The notes under the pieces were generated by a model. The model saw only the letters and a program-made list of their open reading frames with translations. It made no database searches and was not told the origin of the DNA. A stretch of DNA of 64,000 nt from positions 372,001 to 436,000 of the forward strand of contig JBNRSN020000065.1 of assembly GCA_051313645.2 (NCBI GenBank), given 5' to 3'. A program made the position numbers and the translations under genes. Positions within the stretch are counted from its first letter, which is position 1. Each line of letters starts with the position of its first letter. Source of the DNA: Centroscyllium fabricii. Taxonomy: Eukaryota. Below, piece by piece: positions 37,275 to 49,781 of this stretch.

Positions 37275-37777
37275 ATGTATTTGTTGCTGAGTTTCATAGT
37301 CCTCTTTCAAAGTAAGTTATACTTTGAAACAATAATCTTTGTTAATAATCTTTCTTTACTTTTTCTTTCCTTCCCTCGTTGGTTCCTTCATTCTTTATTT
37401 ATTCCTTTATTTCCTTATTTCTTTCCTCACAACCCAAATGCTCTGACTACTGACCTCCTCCTCTCCCTGTCTCTTTCTCAGATGTGAACTCGCGGACCGT
37501 CCGCCAGATTCCCGCCGCTGTCTCCAGGTTTACTCGGGAAGGAGTCGAACTAAAGTGCGCCGTGGAGGGCGCCAGTAGCGGTGGCATGTGCTGGTACCGA
37601 CAGGACCCGGGGAAGGGGCCGCAGTTGATGTTTTCCTCCCCTGTTGTACAAAGCGTGAATCCAGAGGGGGCGGGGGACGGTTTTACCGCCGAGCGACCGA
37701 CGGGCAACGAGTTCAACCTGAAGGCCTCCCGTCTGCGGGCGGATCACTCGGCCATGTATTACTGCGCCTGGAGTCTT
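37275..37777 (+). CDS. TRBV: TRBV30-like V segment V10 (duplicate of V4); leader 37275-37311, V exon 37482-37777
   Basis: Nearly identical to V4 at an offset of 25084; open frame. Confidence 0.9.
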
Positions 37778-37816
37778 CACAGTGACTCAGGGAGATGGAG
37801 GAGCTCAACAAAAACC
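37778..37816 (+). other. 23-RSS of V10
   Basis: CACAGTG, 23 nt, ACAAAAACC. Confidence 0.97.
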
Positions 37817-40022
37817 CCAAAGGCGGCAGCAAACACCTGTTTGAGATAAAACCGCGCTGCGCTGAGTCCTGTTGATTGTATTCGATGCAGAGCGAACGTG
37901 CGTTTGACAAGATCAAGTGACTGGTTGGAACAAAAGGGCGCAAAAGACAAAAAAGTCACTTGAAAAGTTGCAAAGAAAGATTCAATTAGATGTCGTGGAG
38001 AACGATAGAACGAAAGGAAAATGGAACAAAGAAAGATAGAAAGAAAGAAAGGATGATGGAAAGAAAGAAATAGAGAAAGTAAGAAAGATGAAAGAAAGAA
38101 GAAAGACAGAAAGGAAGCAAGAAAGAAGGGAAGAAAACCATGAAAGAAACAGAGAAAGAAAGATAGAAAGAAGGAAACGATAGAAATAGAGTGCCGAGCA
38201 TTTACACAGTGACACTGTGTTTCCATTCTCTGCAGAGACTGAAGAGGGCGCTCTAGGACCATGAAAGACACAGTAGCTTGTAACATAGTTCAATATGGAA
38301 TAGGAGGAGCTCATTCAGTCCCGTTCAGCCGGTTATAAAGGAACAGGAGAAGGCCATTAAACCCCCTTGGCACCGTGTACACCTATACAGTTGTAGGATC
38401 ATTCAGCCACACGAGTCTGTTACACAGCAACAGGAGGAGGGCACTCAGCGCGTCGAGCCAGTTACATAGAAACATAGATGATAGGAGCAGGAGTAGGCCA
38501 TTCGGCCCAGCGAGTCTGCTCCGCCATTCAATGAGATCATGGCTGATCACCCTAACTCAGTACCCCGTACCTGCCTTCTCCCCATATTCCTTGTTAGCTT
38601 TAGAGTCATAGAATCATTGGAGCATAGAATCCCTACAACGCAGATAGAGGCCATTTCGACCCCTCGAGCCTGCACCGACACACATCCCACCCTATCCCCG
38701 CATCCCCACATATTTAATCCCCCTACCACTAGGGTCAATTTATCCTGGCCAATCAACCTAACCCGCACATCTTTGGACTGCGGGAGGAAACCGGAGCACC
38801 CGGAGGAAACCCACGCAGACACGGGGAGAATGTGCAAACTCCACACAGATAGTTACCCGAGGCCGGATTTTAAGCTGTACCCCTGGCGCTGTGAGGCAAC
38901 AGTGCCAACCACAATGACACTGTGCCGCCCAAGAGCTCTAAGAAATATATCTAACTCCTTCTTGAATATATTTAATGACTTGGCCTCAACTACATTCTGT
39001 GGTAGATAATTCCACAGGTTCACCACTCTGGGTGAAGAAATTCCTCCTCATCTCTGTCTTAAATGGCTGACCCATAGTAACTGGATGAGGTCATTCAGCC
39101 CTCGAGACTACTGAGCCAGCCAATGAGTTCATGGCTGATGTGTATCTTAATTCTATCTAATTGTATTTGCTCCATGAACCTTGATACACATACCAAAATA
39201 TATCAATCAATCTCAGTCTTGATAGCTCCGACTGATTCTCAGCCTGATTTACCCACGTAGTTTCACTAACCGTGGATACCCTTATCGAGCAAAAGCCCAA
39301 TTTTGAAATTTCCAGTTGACTTCTGGCCTCAACAGCATGTTGGGCTTGACGTTATCCTTTTTGTCAGAGGAGCCACCATTTAAGACCATTGATTGGCCTC
39401 GATTTAATGCTCAGCTGATGCCCCCTATGCCTGGGCTGCCCCTCACCAGATGGACTACCTTCTCTCTATCTTCAGTCTCGAATACTTTAAACATGGTAAA
39501 CACCTCAGTAGGATCACTGCTCTATCTTCAATCCTCAATGGAATACAAGCCTAGTCTATGTAATCTGTCCACATAATTCCCTGCTTAGCCCCAGTATCAT
39601 TCCGGTGAATCTTCGCTGCACTCCCGCCAAGACCAATATATCCTTCCTGAAGTGTGTTCCCCAGAACTGAACGTCCTGTTCCAGATGGTGTCGGACCAGG
39701 ACGCTGTACAGCTGAAGCATAACTTTCTCTCCTCCGTATTCCAGCACCCGACAGATAAAGGCCAACATTCCTTTAGCCTCTTTGAGGTTTTTACCTGTCT
39801 ATTGGCCGAGAGCGATTTGTGCAACTTGAATCCTAAATCTCTTTGCACCTCCACAGTTCTCGGCTTTTCAACATTTAGCAACTTTTCTGATCTCTCTCTC
39901 TTAGGTTGGCAGCGGAGGATCTCACACTTGCCCACATTAAGCTCCATCTACTTCTGTTTTGCTTATACATTTAATCCGTCTGTGACCCCATTGCACCATT
40001 CAGCTCCCGTCTGCTCGAATGA

Positions 40023-40297
40023 CCGCCAATCAGAGAAGGAGTAGCTGATCTGCCAATCAGAGAGGGAGTAGCTGGTCTGCCAATCAGAGAGGGAGAGGCG
40101 GGTCTGTCAATCAGAGAGGGAGAGGCGGGGCTGTCAATCAGAGAGGGAGATGCGGGTCTGTCAATCAGAGAGGGAGAGGCGGGGCTGTCAATCAGAGAGG
40201 GAGAGCCGGGGCTGTCAATCAGAGAGGGAGGGGCGGGGCTGTCAATCAGAGAGGGAGAGGCGGGCTGTCAATCAGAGAGGGAGGGGCGGGGCTGTTC
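40023..40297 (+). repeat. 27-bp promoter minisatellite (10 units) upstream of V11
   Basis: Same unit. Confidence 0.92.
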
Positions 40298-40427
40298 AAT
40301 TCTGCATCACTTCCTCACGCTCGTCATGTTTTCCTCAATGATTTCAAAGAGCTGGTTGGATCCTCACAAGACACAACTCTCCCGTTCTCGCTCCTTGCAT
40401 TATTAAGAGAAAAGATTCAAATAAAAT

Positions 40428-40987
40428 ATGTATTTGTTCTTGGGACCAATGATCTTGTTTCACTGTAAGGAACTATTGCAAAAATTAATTTTTGTGAATA
40501 GATTGTCTTTANNNNNNNNNNNNNNNNNNNNNNNNNNNNNNNNNNNNNNNNNNNNNNNNNNNNNNNNNNNNNNNNNNNNNNNNNNNNNNNNNNNNNNNNN
40601 NNNNNNNNNNNNNNNNNNNNNNNNNNNNNNNNNNNNNNNNNNNNNAGTGTCCCAATTTACTGACCTCCTCCTCTCCCTGTCTCTTACCTAGATGTGAGCT
40701 CGCAGACTATCCGCCAGACTCCCGCCGCTGTCTCCAGATATACCGGGGTTGGGGTGGAACTGAAGTGCGATGTCAAGGGCATCAGTACCCCGACTATTTA
40801 CTGGTACAGACAATACCCGGGGAAGGAGCCGCAGACCATGTTTTTCTCCACGGTTACCAATGTCGTGAGTCCAGAGGGGAGGGTGGACGGTTTTACTGCC
40901 GAGCGACCGAATGGCGACGAGTTCAACCTGAATTCCTCCAGCCTGCGGGCAGATGACTCGGCCGTGTATTACTGCGCCTGGAGTCTG
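40428..40987 (+). CDS. TRBV: TRBV30-like V segment V11 (mosaic); leader 40428-40464, V exon 40692-40987; intron contains an N-gap
   Basis: Leader MYLFLGPMILFH; intact V exon ending YYCAWSL; Ns at 40512-40645. Confidence 0.9.
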
Positions 40988-41026
40988 CACAGTGACTCAG
41001 AGAGATGGAGGAGCTCAACAAAAACC
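40988..41026 (+). other. 23-RSS of V11
   Basis: CACAGTG, 23 nt, ACAAAAACC. Confidence 0.97.
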
Positions 41027-43334
41027 CCAAAGGCGGCAGGAAACACCTGTGGATGGTGAAACCGCGCGTTGCTTTCTCCCGCTGTGTTGTGTTTTACTGA
41101 GCGAACGTGTTTCTGAGACGCGTTAGAAGAGAAATGGGAGAGTAGATATAAAGGCACCGGAGAAGGTGCAAAGAAAGTTTAAGTTAGATATAGTGTAGAA
41201 TGACAGAATGAAAAGTAGATAGAGATAAAAAAAGAAATGGATATCAAGAACAAAACAGGGATGGAAAGAAAGAGAGAACGAGAGAAGGACAATTAGAATG
41301 GCAGAAAGAAGGATAGAACGAGAGAAAGACGGACATAAAGCAGAGAATCTGTTGATTTTACACACTGACAAAGTGTTTTCATTCTCCGCGGGGATAGCAG
41401 AAGGCGCTCTTGGAACAGGAAACACAGTTTATTGAATGTTTGTCACCGGGACACCTGCCTCATGTCGACGCTTTCACCATCTGTTGGCAACGGTTTAGCC
41501 GCTTCTCTATCAGACTCTAGGGGACCTTTGGTGTGTTTTTCAAAGAAGCTGCGTATTCAGCCCAGCAAAGATTTAACCCTTGAATTCTCGTTCAGCGCAC
41601 AGGAAGTGAAACCTCCACTGAAACCTCCACTGCCTGAAACAGGAGAGCATTTTCTCCCAACAATGTTGCGCGTCTTACAGAAGCCCACACTCGTACAGCT
41701 CAGAAGGAGACCATTCGGCCCATCGAGTCTGTGCCGCCTCTTTGAAAGATTTACCCAAAGAGTCCCCAACGGCTTTAACCCACCCTCTTCGATAACACCC
41801 ATCAACTTGTCCATCTACCACTTCCTCCCTCACTTATCTAACTTCCGCTCAAATTTATTTATGCCCCTTCTCTCAACCACTCCATGTGGTATCAAGCTCT
41901 ACATTATCAGCACACTTTGGCTGGAGATATTATTCCTGAATTCTGTTATATATTTATTAGTGCTTATCTTATATTTGTGAGCCCTTGTTTTGATCGCTCC
42001 TATAAATGTAGTCTCACTAACCTGCTCATTCACCACAGCCCATGTTTGTTTTCATTATTTTTCAAGTTTTTATCCAATTCCCTTTTGTAAGTTATTATTG
42101 AATCTGCTTACACTGCCCCTTCAGGCAATGCATTCCACATTATAAGAACTCTCTGCATAATAAATATATGTTTCCTCATCTCCCGCTGGTTCTTTTGCCA
42201 ATAATAGGGAGTATAGATAGACTAAGAGAGTGGGCATTAAATTGGCAGATGGAGAATAATGTAGTGAAATGTAAGGTTATTCACTTTGGTAGGAAGAATA
42301 GAAAAGCAGAATAATTTTTAAATGGTGAGAAACATTCAAATGTTAGTGTTCAGAGGGATTTGGGTATCCTCATGCAAGTAACAGCGAAAGCGAGCATGCA
42401 GGTACAGCAAGCAATAAGGAAGGGAAATGGCATTGAAAAGGTTTTGGAGTATAAAAGTAAGGAAGTCTTGCTACAATTGGACAGGGCCTTGGTGAGATCA
42501 CACCTGGAGTACTGTGCACAGTTTTGGTCTCCTTTTCTAAGGCTTATCTAAGCGCTGCAACGAAGGATCATTAGATTGATTTCTGTGCTGAGAGATTGTG
42601 TAGAATTGGTCTATACTCTCTGGAGTTTCGAAGAATGAGAGATGAACTCATTGAAACAAAACCAATACTGAAGAGAATTCACAGGGTAGATGCTGAAAGA
42701 TTGTTTCTCCTGATTGGAGTGCGTAGAACTAGGGGGCATAGTCTCAGGATAAGGGGTAGTCAATTTGAGACTGAGCCGTGGAGGCATTGCTTCAAACAGG
42801 GAGCTGTGAATCTTTGAAATTCTCTACTCCAGAGGGCCGTGAATGCTGAGCTTTTGAGTATATTCAAGGCTGAGATAGATAGAAGTTTGGACTCTAGGGG
42901 AATCAATGAATGTGGAGATGGGGCGGGAAATTCTACTAGACGTCGATGATCAGCCATGATCTTATTGACTGGCGGAGCAGACTCGAGGGGCCTATGGCTT
43001 AATCCTGCTCTTATTTCTATGTTCGTATGCTCTTATCTTAAGTCTGTGTGCTCTATATTTCTAACAACCTGTCAGTGGATATAGTTCCCCCCTATCAACT
43101 CTCTCAAAGCCCTACATGATTTTGAACACACCTATTAATTCTCTCCTTGACCTTCTGTGCTGCACGGCTCTATGACGGAATGGGATGGAGCGTGGCTTAC
43201 GTAGGAAGTGACGTAAGAGTGACAATTGCAACCGGATGCTTCGTATTTAGTCAGATCCAACAGAGAAGCTGCCTTTAAACGTGGTATTGAGCGACACCCG
43301 ATCACACAGCGAGCCAGTGTCGAATGAGTAAACC

Positions 43335-44241
43335 ATGTTTCATGAAGCTCATTATCTAGCTTTGATGGTGACACTGATCCCAAGTAAGTCAAAATAACAA
43401 ACCTCTGCAGAGGTCTTTGTAGAATAATATATTTAATGTCAGCTGTGGTTCAGCTGGTAGAAACCTTTGCCTCTGAATCACAGGTTTTGGTTTGCAGTCT
43501 TACTCCTGAAACTTGGGAACAAAATCAATGCTGACACACCCGAGACCAGCACGGAGGGAGAGCTGGACTTTCAGAGGTGCCGTCTTTCAGATGAGGCCTT
43601 TAAACCAGCTCAGGTGGAGGTAAATGATCCCAGGACACTATTGGAAGGAGAGCAGCTTCCTTCTCTCCGGTGCCCTGGGTCAACATTAATCCCAAAACAA
43701 ACACCAAAAATCATGATGTACTGGTCATTTATTTCAATGCGGGAGCTTTCTGTGCTCAAATTGACTGTCTCCTATCCTACATTACTACAAGGACGACACT
43801 TTAATCAATACTTCATTGGTTGCAAGGAGCTTTGTGATTTTCTGAGGTCGTGAATGCGCTTTGTAAATGGGATTATTTTTCTCTGTAATCTGCGCTCTGA
43901 TCAATTATTGACAAAAACAAGAAACTAATCGATGTTGCATTCGACAGGAATACTCGCCTCGTTCGTGGACCAGTCGCCTTCTGTCCTATCGATTGGAGCA
44001 GGAGAGTCGACCACGCTCAGATGCACGCTGACGAATACTGGCTATCCCAGAATGTACTGGTACAGACAACAACACGACCGGGCATTAGAAATTCTTTTCT
44101 ATTCTGTTGGAGCAGGTGATGTTAGGAACTACACATCGGCGTCTTTTAAGGCCGAAAGAAGCAGCGATACGCTGTTTACTTTGGAACTGAGCACCGCCTC
44201 TCGGTCTCACACCGTTGTCTATTACTGTGCTTGTAGTATCG
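43335..44241 (+). CDS. TRBV: TCR beta-type V segment V12 (family A); leader 43335-43383, V exon 43948-44241
   Basis: Leader MFHEAHYLALMVTLIP; intact V domain ending YYCACSI. Confidence 0.9.
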
Positions 44242-44280
44242 CACAGCGTTTGAGAAAGCGGCTCCCCCGATACAAAAACC
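44242..44280 (+). other. 23-RSS of V12
   Basis: CACAGCG, 23 nt, ACAAAAACC. Confidence 0.95.
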
Positions 44281-45762
44281 TGCAGCGGATGAATGGGAGA
44301 TCAGTGCTCCTTTTCCGCCACCAGGTGACAGCACTATCTACTCTTCAGTGCTTCCTTTCTGCTTCGCTCCGTCCCCTGCTCTGCTCCCCACGATCCTACT
44401 CCTCCCTGTCCTGCCCCTCGCATCCCCTAATCCCTCCTGTCCCTACTTCGTATTAAATGATTGGGGGCAAGATGGTGAGGGGCGTCGTCTGAAGTTAAAC
44501 GTCATCCCTGCCCTTCAACAAGTAACTGATCCGTGTATTTGTGGAAGGATCAGGAGGTGCAGAGTGAGATGGAAGTGTGTTCGCCTCATCTGAGGAAGGA
44601 CGTTCTTCCCATTGAAGGATTGCAGCGAAGATTCACCAGGCTGATACCTGGGATGGCAGGAATGACGTATGGGGAGAGATTGAGTCGATTGGGCTTATAC
44701 TCACTGGAGGTCAGACGATTGCGAGGGGATCTCATCGAAACCTATAACATTCTGTCAGGCCTGGACAGACTGGGGGCAGGAATGATGTTCCCGATGGTCG
44801 GGGAGTCCAGAAGCAGGGGTCATAGTCTAAGGATAAGGGGAAAGCCATTTATGACTGAGATGAGGGGAAATTTCTTCACCCAGAGAGAGTTGAACCTGTG
44901 GAATTCTCTGCCACAGAAGGCAGTGGAGGCCGGTTCATTAAATATATTCAAGAAGGAGTTGGATATATTTCTTCAGGTTGAAGCGATCAAGGGATTTGGG
45001 GAGAAGGCAGGGACAGGGTACTGAATCTGAAAGATCAGTCATGATCTAATTGAATGGCGGAGCAGGCTCGAAGGGCTGAATAGCCTACTCCTGCTCCTAT
45101 CTTCTATGTTTCTATGCTTCTATGTCATGGGACCACTGTCTGAGTCTGGCGGTCAGCTCTGCTCAGCGCACGTTTACCTTTCAATGCAGTTTGGTTTAAA
45201 ATAGAGAAAGTGAGAGATATAGAGGGAAACAGAAACAGAAGCAGAAGTTAGGAGCAGGCGTAGGCCATTCGGCCCTTCGAGCCTGCTCCGCCATTCAATG
45301 CGATCATGGCTGATCATCATGGTGAGTGAGGGAGACAGATAGAGACAGGTTGAGAAAATGAGCGAGAGAGATAGAGAGACATTCACAGACACAGCCAGGG
45401 AGACAGACAGAGAGAAAACCATGCAGATAGAGGGAGACACGCACAAAATCAGATAGAGAGAGTTACCCGGAGAGCGAGAGAAGTATGGACAGAGAAAGAG
45501 AGGAACGGGAAAAGAGTGAGACAGAAAGACAGAGCCAGGCAGAGAAACAGAGCGAGATAGATAGAGAGACATTCACATACACAGCCAGGGAGACAGACAG
45601 AGAGATAACCATGCAGGTAGAGGCAGACACGCACCAACTCAGATAGAGGGAGTTATCCGGACAATGAGAGAAGTATGGACAGAGAAAGAGAGCAAAGGGA
45701 AGAGAGCGAGACACAGATAGAGAGAGAGAGATTAAGGGAGCGAGGTAGAACGGAAAGACATT

Positions 45763-46517
45763 GGCCCAGAAATTGCAGTGGCGCCTTCGGCGTGTGCAGT
45801 ACTTGCTTAACGCACTTTAATTGCCCATATTCAGTTTTGCTTTTTTGCAGAGAAATTCCCGTTAGCCCAGCCTGTCAGAGCTCCGTGCGAGTTGCATGGG
45901 CATCTGAAGGACTTAATTAGTGCGAGGTGGCTTTTGAGACCACGTGATTGGCAGGGAGCCAATCAGTGGAAGCAATTCTCCATTCAAAACTTCCACTGAG
46001 AAATCTGTGCGAGTTTTGAAAAGAGAGATTCCCAAAAGACATCTAAAAACAAAAATAAAATTTTACAAACCACATTTTTTAAACATTACCCCAACTAACA
46101 CAAATAACCTATTTTAAAGAAAAAATAAAAATTTGCAGCAAAGTTTTCAACTTCCAACATATCTAAAAAAGTAGTTACCTGTCATTAAAGTTATCAACAA
46201 TTAAAAACCTGAAAAAACAACAATTAAAATCAATAAAATACACACTTGCCAGATAAAAACGGGTGTTTACGACTCCTATTTTCCAGCGTTGAATTTTCTG
46301 CTCTTGGTCCGTAGAAAAACTTTAAAAAAATATCGGAAAGACTGGGTGATCCCGTAGTTCGCTGCTTCCTGCGCTGGACCTCGCAGGAAGCAGCGACCCC
46401 CCCCCCCGCTGGGCGGCACAGGCAAACCCGAAGCGTGCGCTCCGGCTGCTTCCTGCGGGTTTAAGCTCTGGTGTGCTCGCACCAAACCCGATATGCGGTG
46501 ACTGCAATTTCTGGGCC
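45763..46517. mobile_element. MITE copy 2
   Basis: Same inverted repeats and ATT duplication. Confidence 0.8.
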
Positions 46518-46697
46518 ATTGGCAAACACGTCGATTGCGATTGGTTGAACTGGAGAGAGGAAGCTTGTCCTTGCCTCTATTACTTGTTTCTATTCATGTT
46601 TTCCTCAATGATTTGAGAAATGCGGGTTTCCTCCTCAGAAAACTGCACGCTCCTGGTCTCGCCCATCACATATTAAACACAAACCTTAAAATAAATG

Positions 46698-46734
46698 ATG
46701 TATGTGTTACTGGGCCTAATGATCATGCTTCACC
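46698..46734 (+). pseudogene. Relic family-B leader (copy 2), donor GT changed to AT, no V exon
   Basis: atgtatgtgttactgggcctaatgatcatgcttcacc|ataagg. Confidence 0.72.
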
Positions 46735-47624
46735 ATAAGGCAGCTTTTTGAAAAATAATTAATGTTAATAACCTCCATTTATTTCTTAATTTTCCCTCAC
46801 TCTTTCTTTCATTCTGTCTGTCTCTCTTTCTTTCTCTCTGTTTTCTGAGTGACGTGATAGAGATCTTTACAATTATGAAAGGGGTTCGATAGGTTCGAGC
46901 CAGAGCAAATATTTGCAATGTTGGATGAGCAGAACCTTTCTCCTGTTAATTATGGGAAGACCGAATTCATTGTTTTCGATCCATGCCACGAATTCCTTTC
47001 CCTAATCGCTGACACCATCCGTCTCTCTATCCGCTGACACCATCCGTCTCCCTAGCTTCGGTCTGAGGCTGAAACAGACTATAGGAAAACTTGATGTCAC
47101 ATTTGACCCTGAAATGAGCTTCCGACCACATATCCGTGCCATAACTAAGGACTCCTGTTTCCTAGTTTAATATCAAATGCCGAACAGGAGAGGAACACAC
47201 AGCCCTGCACGGCCGCTCCGCCACTTAACTGGATTATAACTTACCTATATCTTACCTCCATCAACCAGACTTTACTCCATGCTCCGCGACACCCTAACCC
47301 GAATGAAATCTATTAATCTCTGTCTTGAAAACTTCGATTGAGCCCCCAGCATCCGCAGCCTTTCATGGGAGAGTGTTAAGAATTCCACTACCCTTTGAGT
47401 GGAGAGTTGCACCAGTCTTTGTGGGCGAGCACGCAGGTGCAACAGGCGGTTAAGAAGGCAAATGGTATGTTGGCCTTCATATCAAGAGGGTTCGAGTATA
47501 GGAATAAGGATACCTTACTGCAGCTGCACAAGGCACTGGTGAGACCACACCTTGAGTATTGTGTACAGTTTTGGTCGCCTCATCTGATGAACGATGTTCT
47601 TGCCATGGAAGGAGTGCAGCGGCG

Positions 47625-48778
47625 AGATTGACAAGGTCCCGCACGGTCGACTCATGAAGAAAGTAAGGAGTTGCGGTGTAAGCAACGAAGTAGAGGGATG
47701 GATTGAGAACTGGCTGGCTCAGAGGAAGCAGAGGGTAGTGGTAGAGGGCCAATACTCGGGTTGGAGACCGGTCACCAGTGGGTTGCCACAAGGGGTCGAT
47801 GTTGGGGCCACTACTATTTATAATCTTTATCAATGACTTGGAGGAGTGGACTGAGGGGTGGGTCAGCAAATTTGCAGATGGCACAAAGATTGGGGGAGTA
47901 GTGGATGAGGAGGAAGGAAGTAGAAAGATTCAGAGGGCTATAGATAGGATGCAGAGCTGGGCTGAAGAATGGCAAATGGAGTTCAACACGGGGAAATGCG
48001 AGGTGATGCACTTCGGTAGGGCAAATAGGAAGAGGGAATATAGGGTCAACGGCAGGGTCCTGAGCGAAGCAGAGGAGCAAAGGTATCTGGGAGTATATGT
48101 ACACAGATCATTGAAGGCTGCCACCCAGGTGGACAAGGCAGTAAAAAAGGCTTATGTTTTATTGGCTTTCATCAACAGGGGAATAGAGTTTAAGAACCGG
48201 GAGGTCATGCTACAGCTGTACAGGTCACTGGTGAGACCACACTTGGAGTACTCTGTGCAGTTCTGGGCACCGTACTACAGGAGGGATGTGGAGGCGTTGG
48301 AGAGGGTGCAGAGGAGATTCACCAGGATGCTGCCGGGAATGGGGGAAAGTCGTACGAGGAGAGGTTGAAGGAGCTGGGACTCTTCTCCCTGGAACGGAGA
48401 AGGAAGAGGGGGGGCTTAATAGAGATGTTTAAAATGATGAAGGGGATCGATAGAGTAAACGTGCAGAGACTGTTTCCCCGGGTGGGAAGAACGACAACAA
48501 GAGGGCACGAGCACAAGATTCAAGGAGGAAGATTCAGAAGGGATGGCAGGGACAAGTTCTTTACACAGAGAATGGTCGGGGAGTGGAATAGGCTACCATC
48601 TGAAATAGTGGATGTGGACAGTCTGGGTGCTTTTAAAAGGATGATAGATAGGTACATGGAGGGGAAGGAAGAGTAGGGGGGACAGGAAAAATCAGAGACG
48701 GACTAAGCGCAGCACTACATTGAGGGCCCAAGGGCCTGTACAGTGCTGTATGTTCTATGTTCTATGTTCTATGTTCTA
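47625..48778 (+). mobile_element. Duplicate of the CR1 LINE at 22377-23530
   Basis: Near-identical ORF fragments at 47778-48676. Confidence 0.92.
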
Positions 48779-48874
48779 CTTGCCCACATTAAGCTCCATC
48801 TACTTCTGTTTTGCTAATACATTTAATCCGTCTGTGACCCCATTGCACCATTCAGCTCCCGTCTGCTCGAATGA

Positions 48875-49068
48875 CCGCCAATCAGAGAAGGAGTAGCTGG
48901 TCTGCCAATCAGAGAGGGAGAGGCGGGTCTGTCAATCAGAGAGGGAGAGGCGGGTCTGTTAATCAGAGAGGGAGAGGCGGGGCTGTCAATCAGAGAGGGA
49001 GAGCCGGGGCTGTCAATCAGAGCGGGAGGGGCGGGGCTGTCAATCAGAGAGGGAGGGGCGGGGCTGTT
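48875..49068 (+). repeat. 27-bp promoter minisatellite (7 units) upstream of V13
   Basis: Same unit. Confidence 0.92.
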
Positions 49069-49199
49069 CAATTCTCCATCACTTCCTCACGCTCTTCATG
49101 TTTTCCTGAATGATTTCAAAGAGCGGGTTGGATCCTCACAAGACCCAACTCTCCTGTTCTCGCGCCTTTCATTATTAAGAGAAACGCTTCAAATAAAAT

Positions 49200-49307
49200 A
49201 TGTATTTGTTCTTGGGACCAATGATCTTGTTTCACTGTAAGGAACTATTGCAAAAATTATTTTTTTGAATATATTTTCTTTATATTTCATTTCTTTCATC
49301 CTTCCAT

Positions 49308-49339
<32 letters not shown>

Positions 49340-49742
49340 TTTCTCTTTCTTTTTCTCTTTCTTTCTTTCTTTTTTACTTTCTTTCTTCTGCATGTCCCCG
49401 AGTGTCCCAATTTACTGACCTCCTCCTCTCCCTGTCTCTTACCTAGATGTGAGCTCGCAGACTATCCGCCAGACTCCCGCCGCTGTCTCCAGATATCCCG
49501 GGGATCGAGTGGAACTGAAGTGCGATGTCAAGGGCACTAGTACCCCGACTATTTACTGGTACAGACAATACCCGGGGAAGGAGCCGCAGACCATGTTTTT
49601 CTCCACGGTTACCAATGTCGTGAATCCAGAGGGGCCGGTGGACGGTTTTACCGCCGAGCGACCGAATGGCAACGAGTTCAACCTGAGGTCCTCCAGCCTG
49701 CGGGCGAATCACTCGGCCGTGTATTACTGCGCCTGGAGTCTG
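49200..49742 (+). CDS. TRBV: TRBV30-like V segment V13 (duplicate of V7, defective heptamer); leader 49200-49236, V exon 49447-49742
   Basis: Open frame, two amino acids different from V7. Confidence 0.88.
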
Positions 49743-49781
49743 CGCAGTGACTCAGAGAGATGGAGGAGCTCAACAAAAACC
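49743..49781 (+). other. 23-RSS of V13 with CAC changed to CGC
   Basis: CGCAGTG, 23 nt, ACAAAAACC. Confidence 0.9.

Noticed and set aside
40512-40645. N-runs in the V11 and V14 introns (also 54606-54735)
   Set aside because: They are assembly gaps at the position of the (TTTC)n intronic microsatellite seen in paralogs, not a biological feature.
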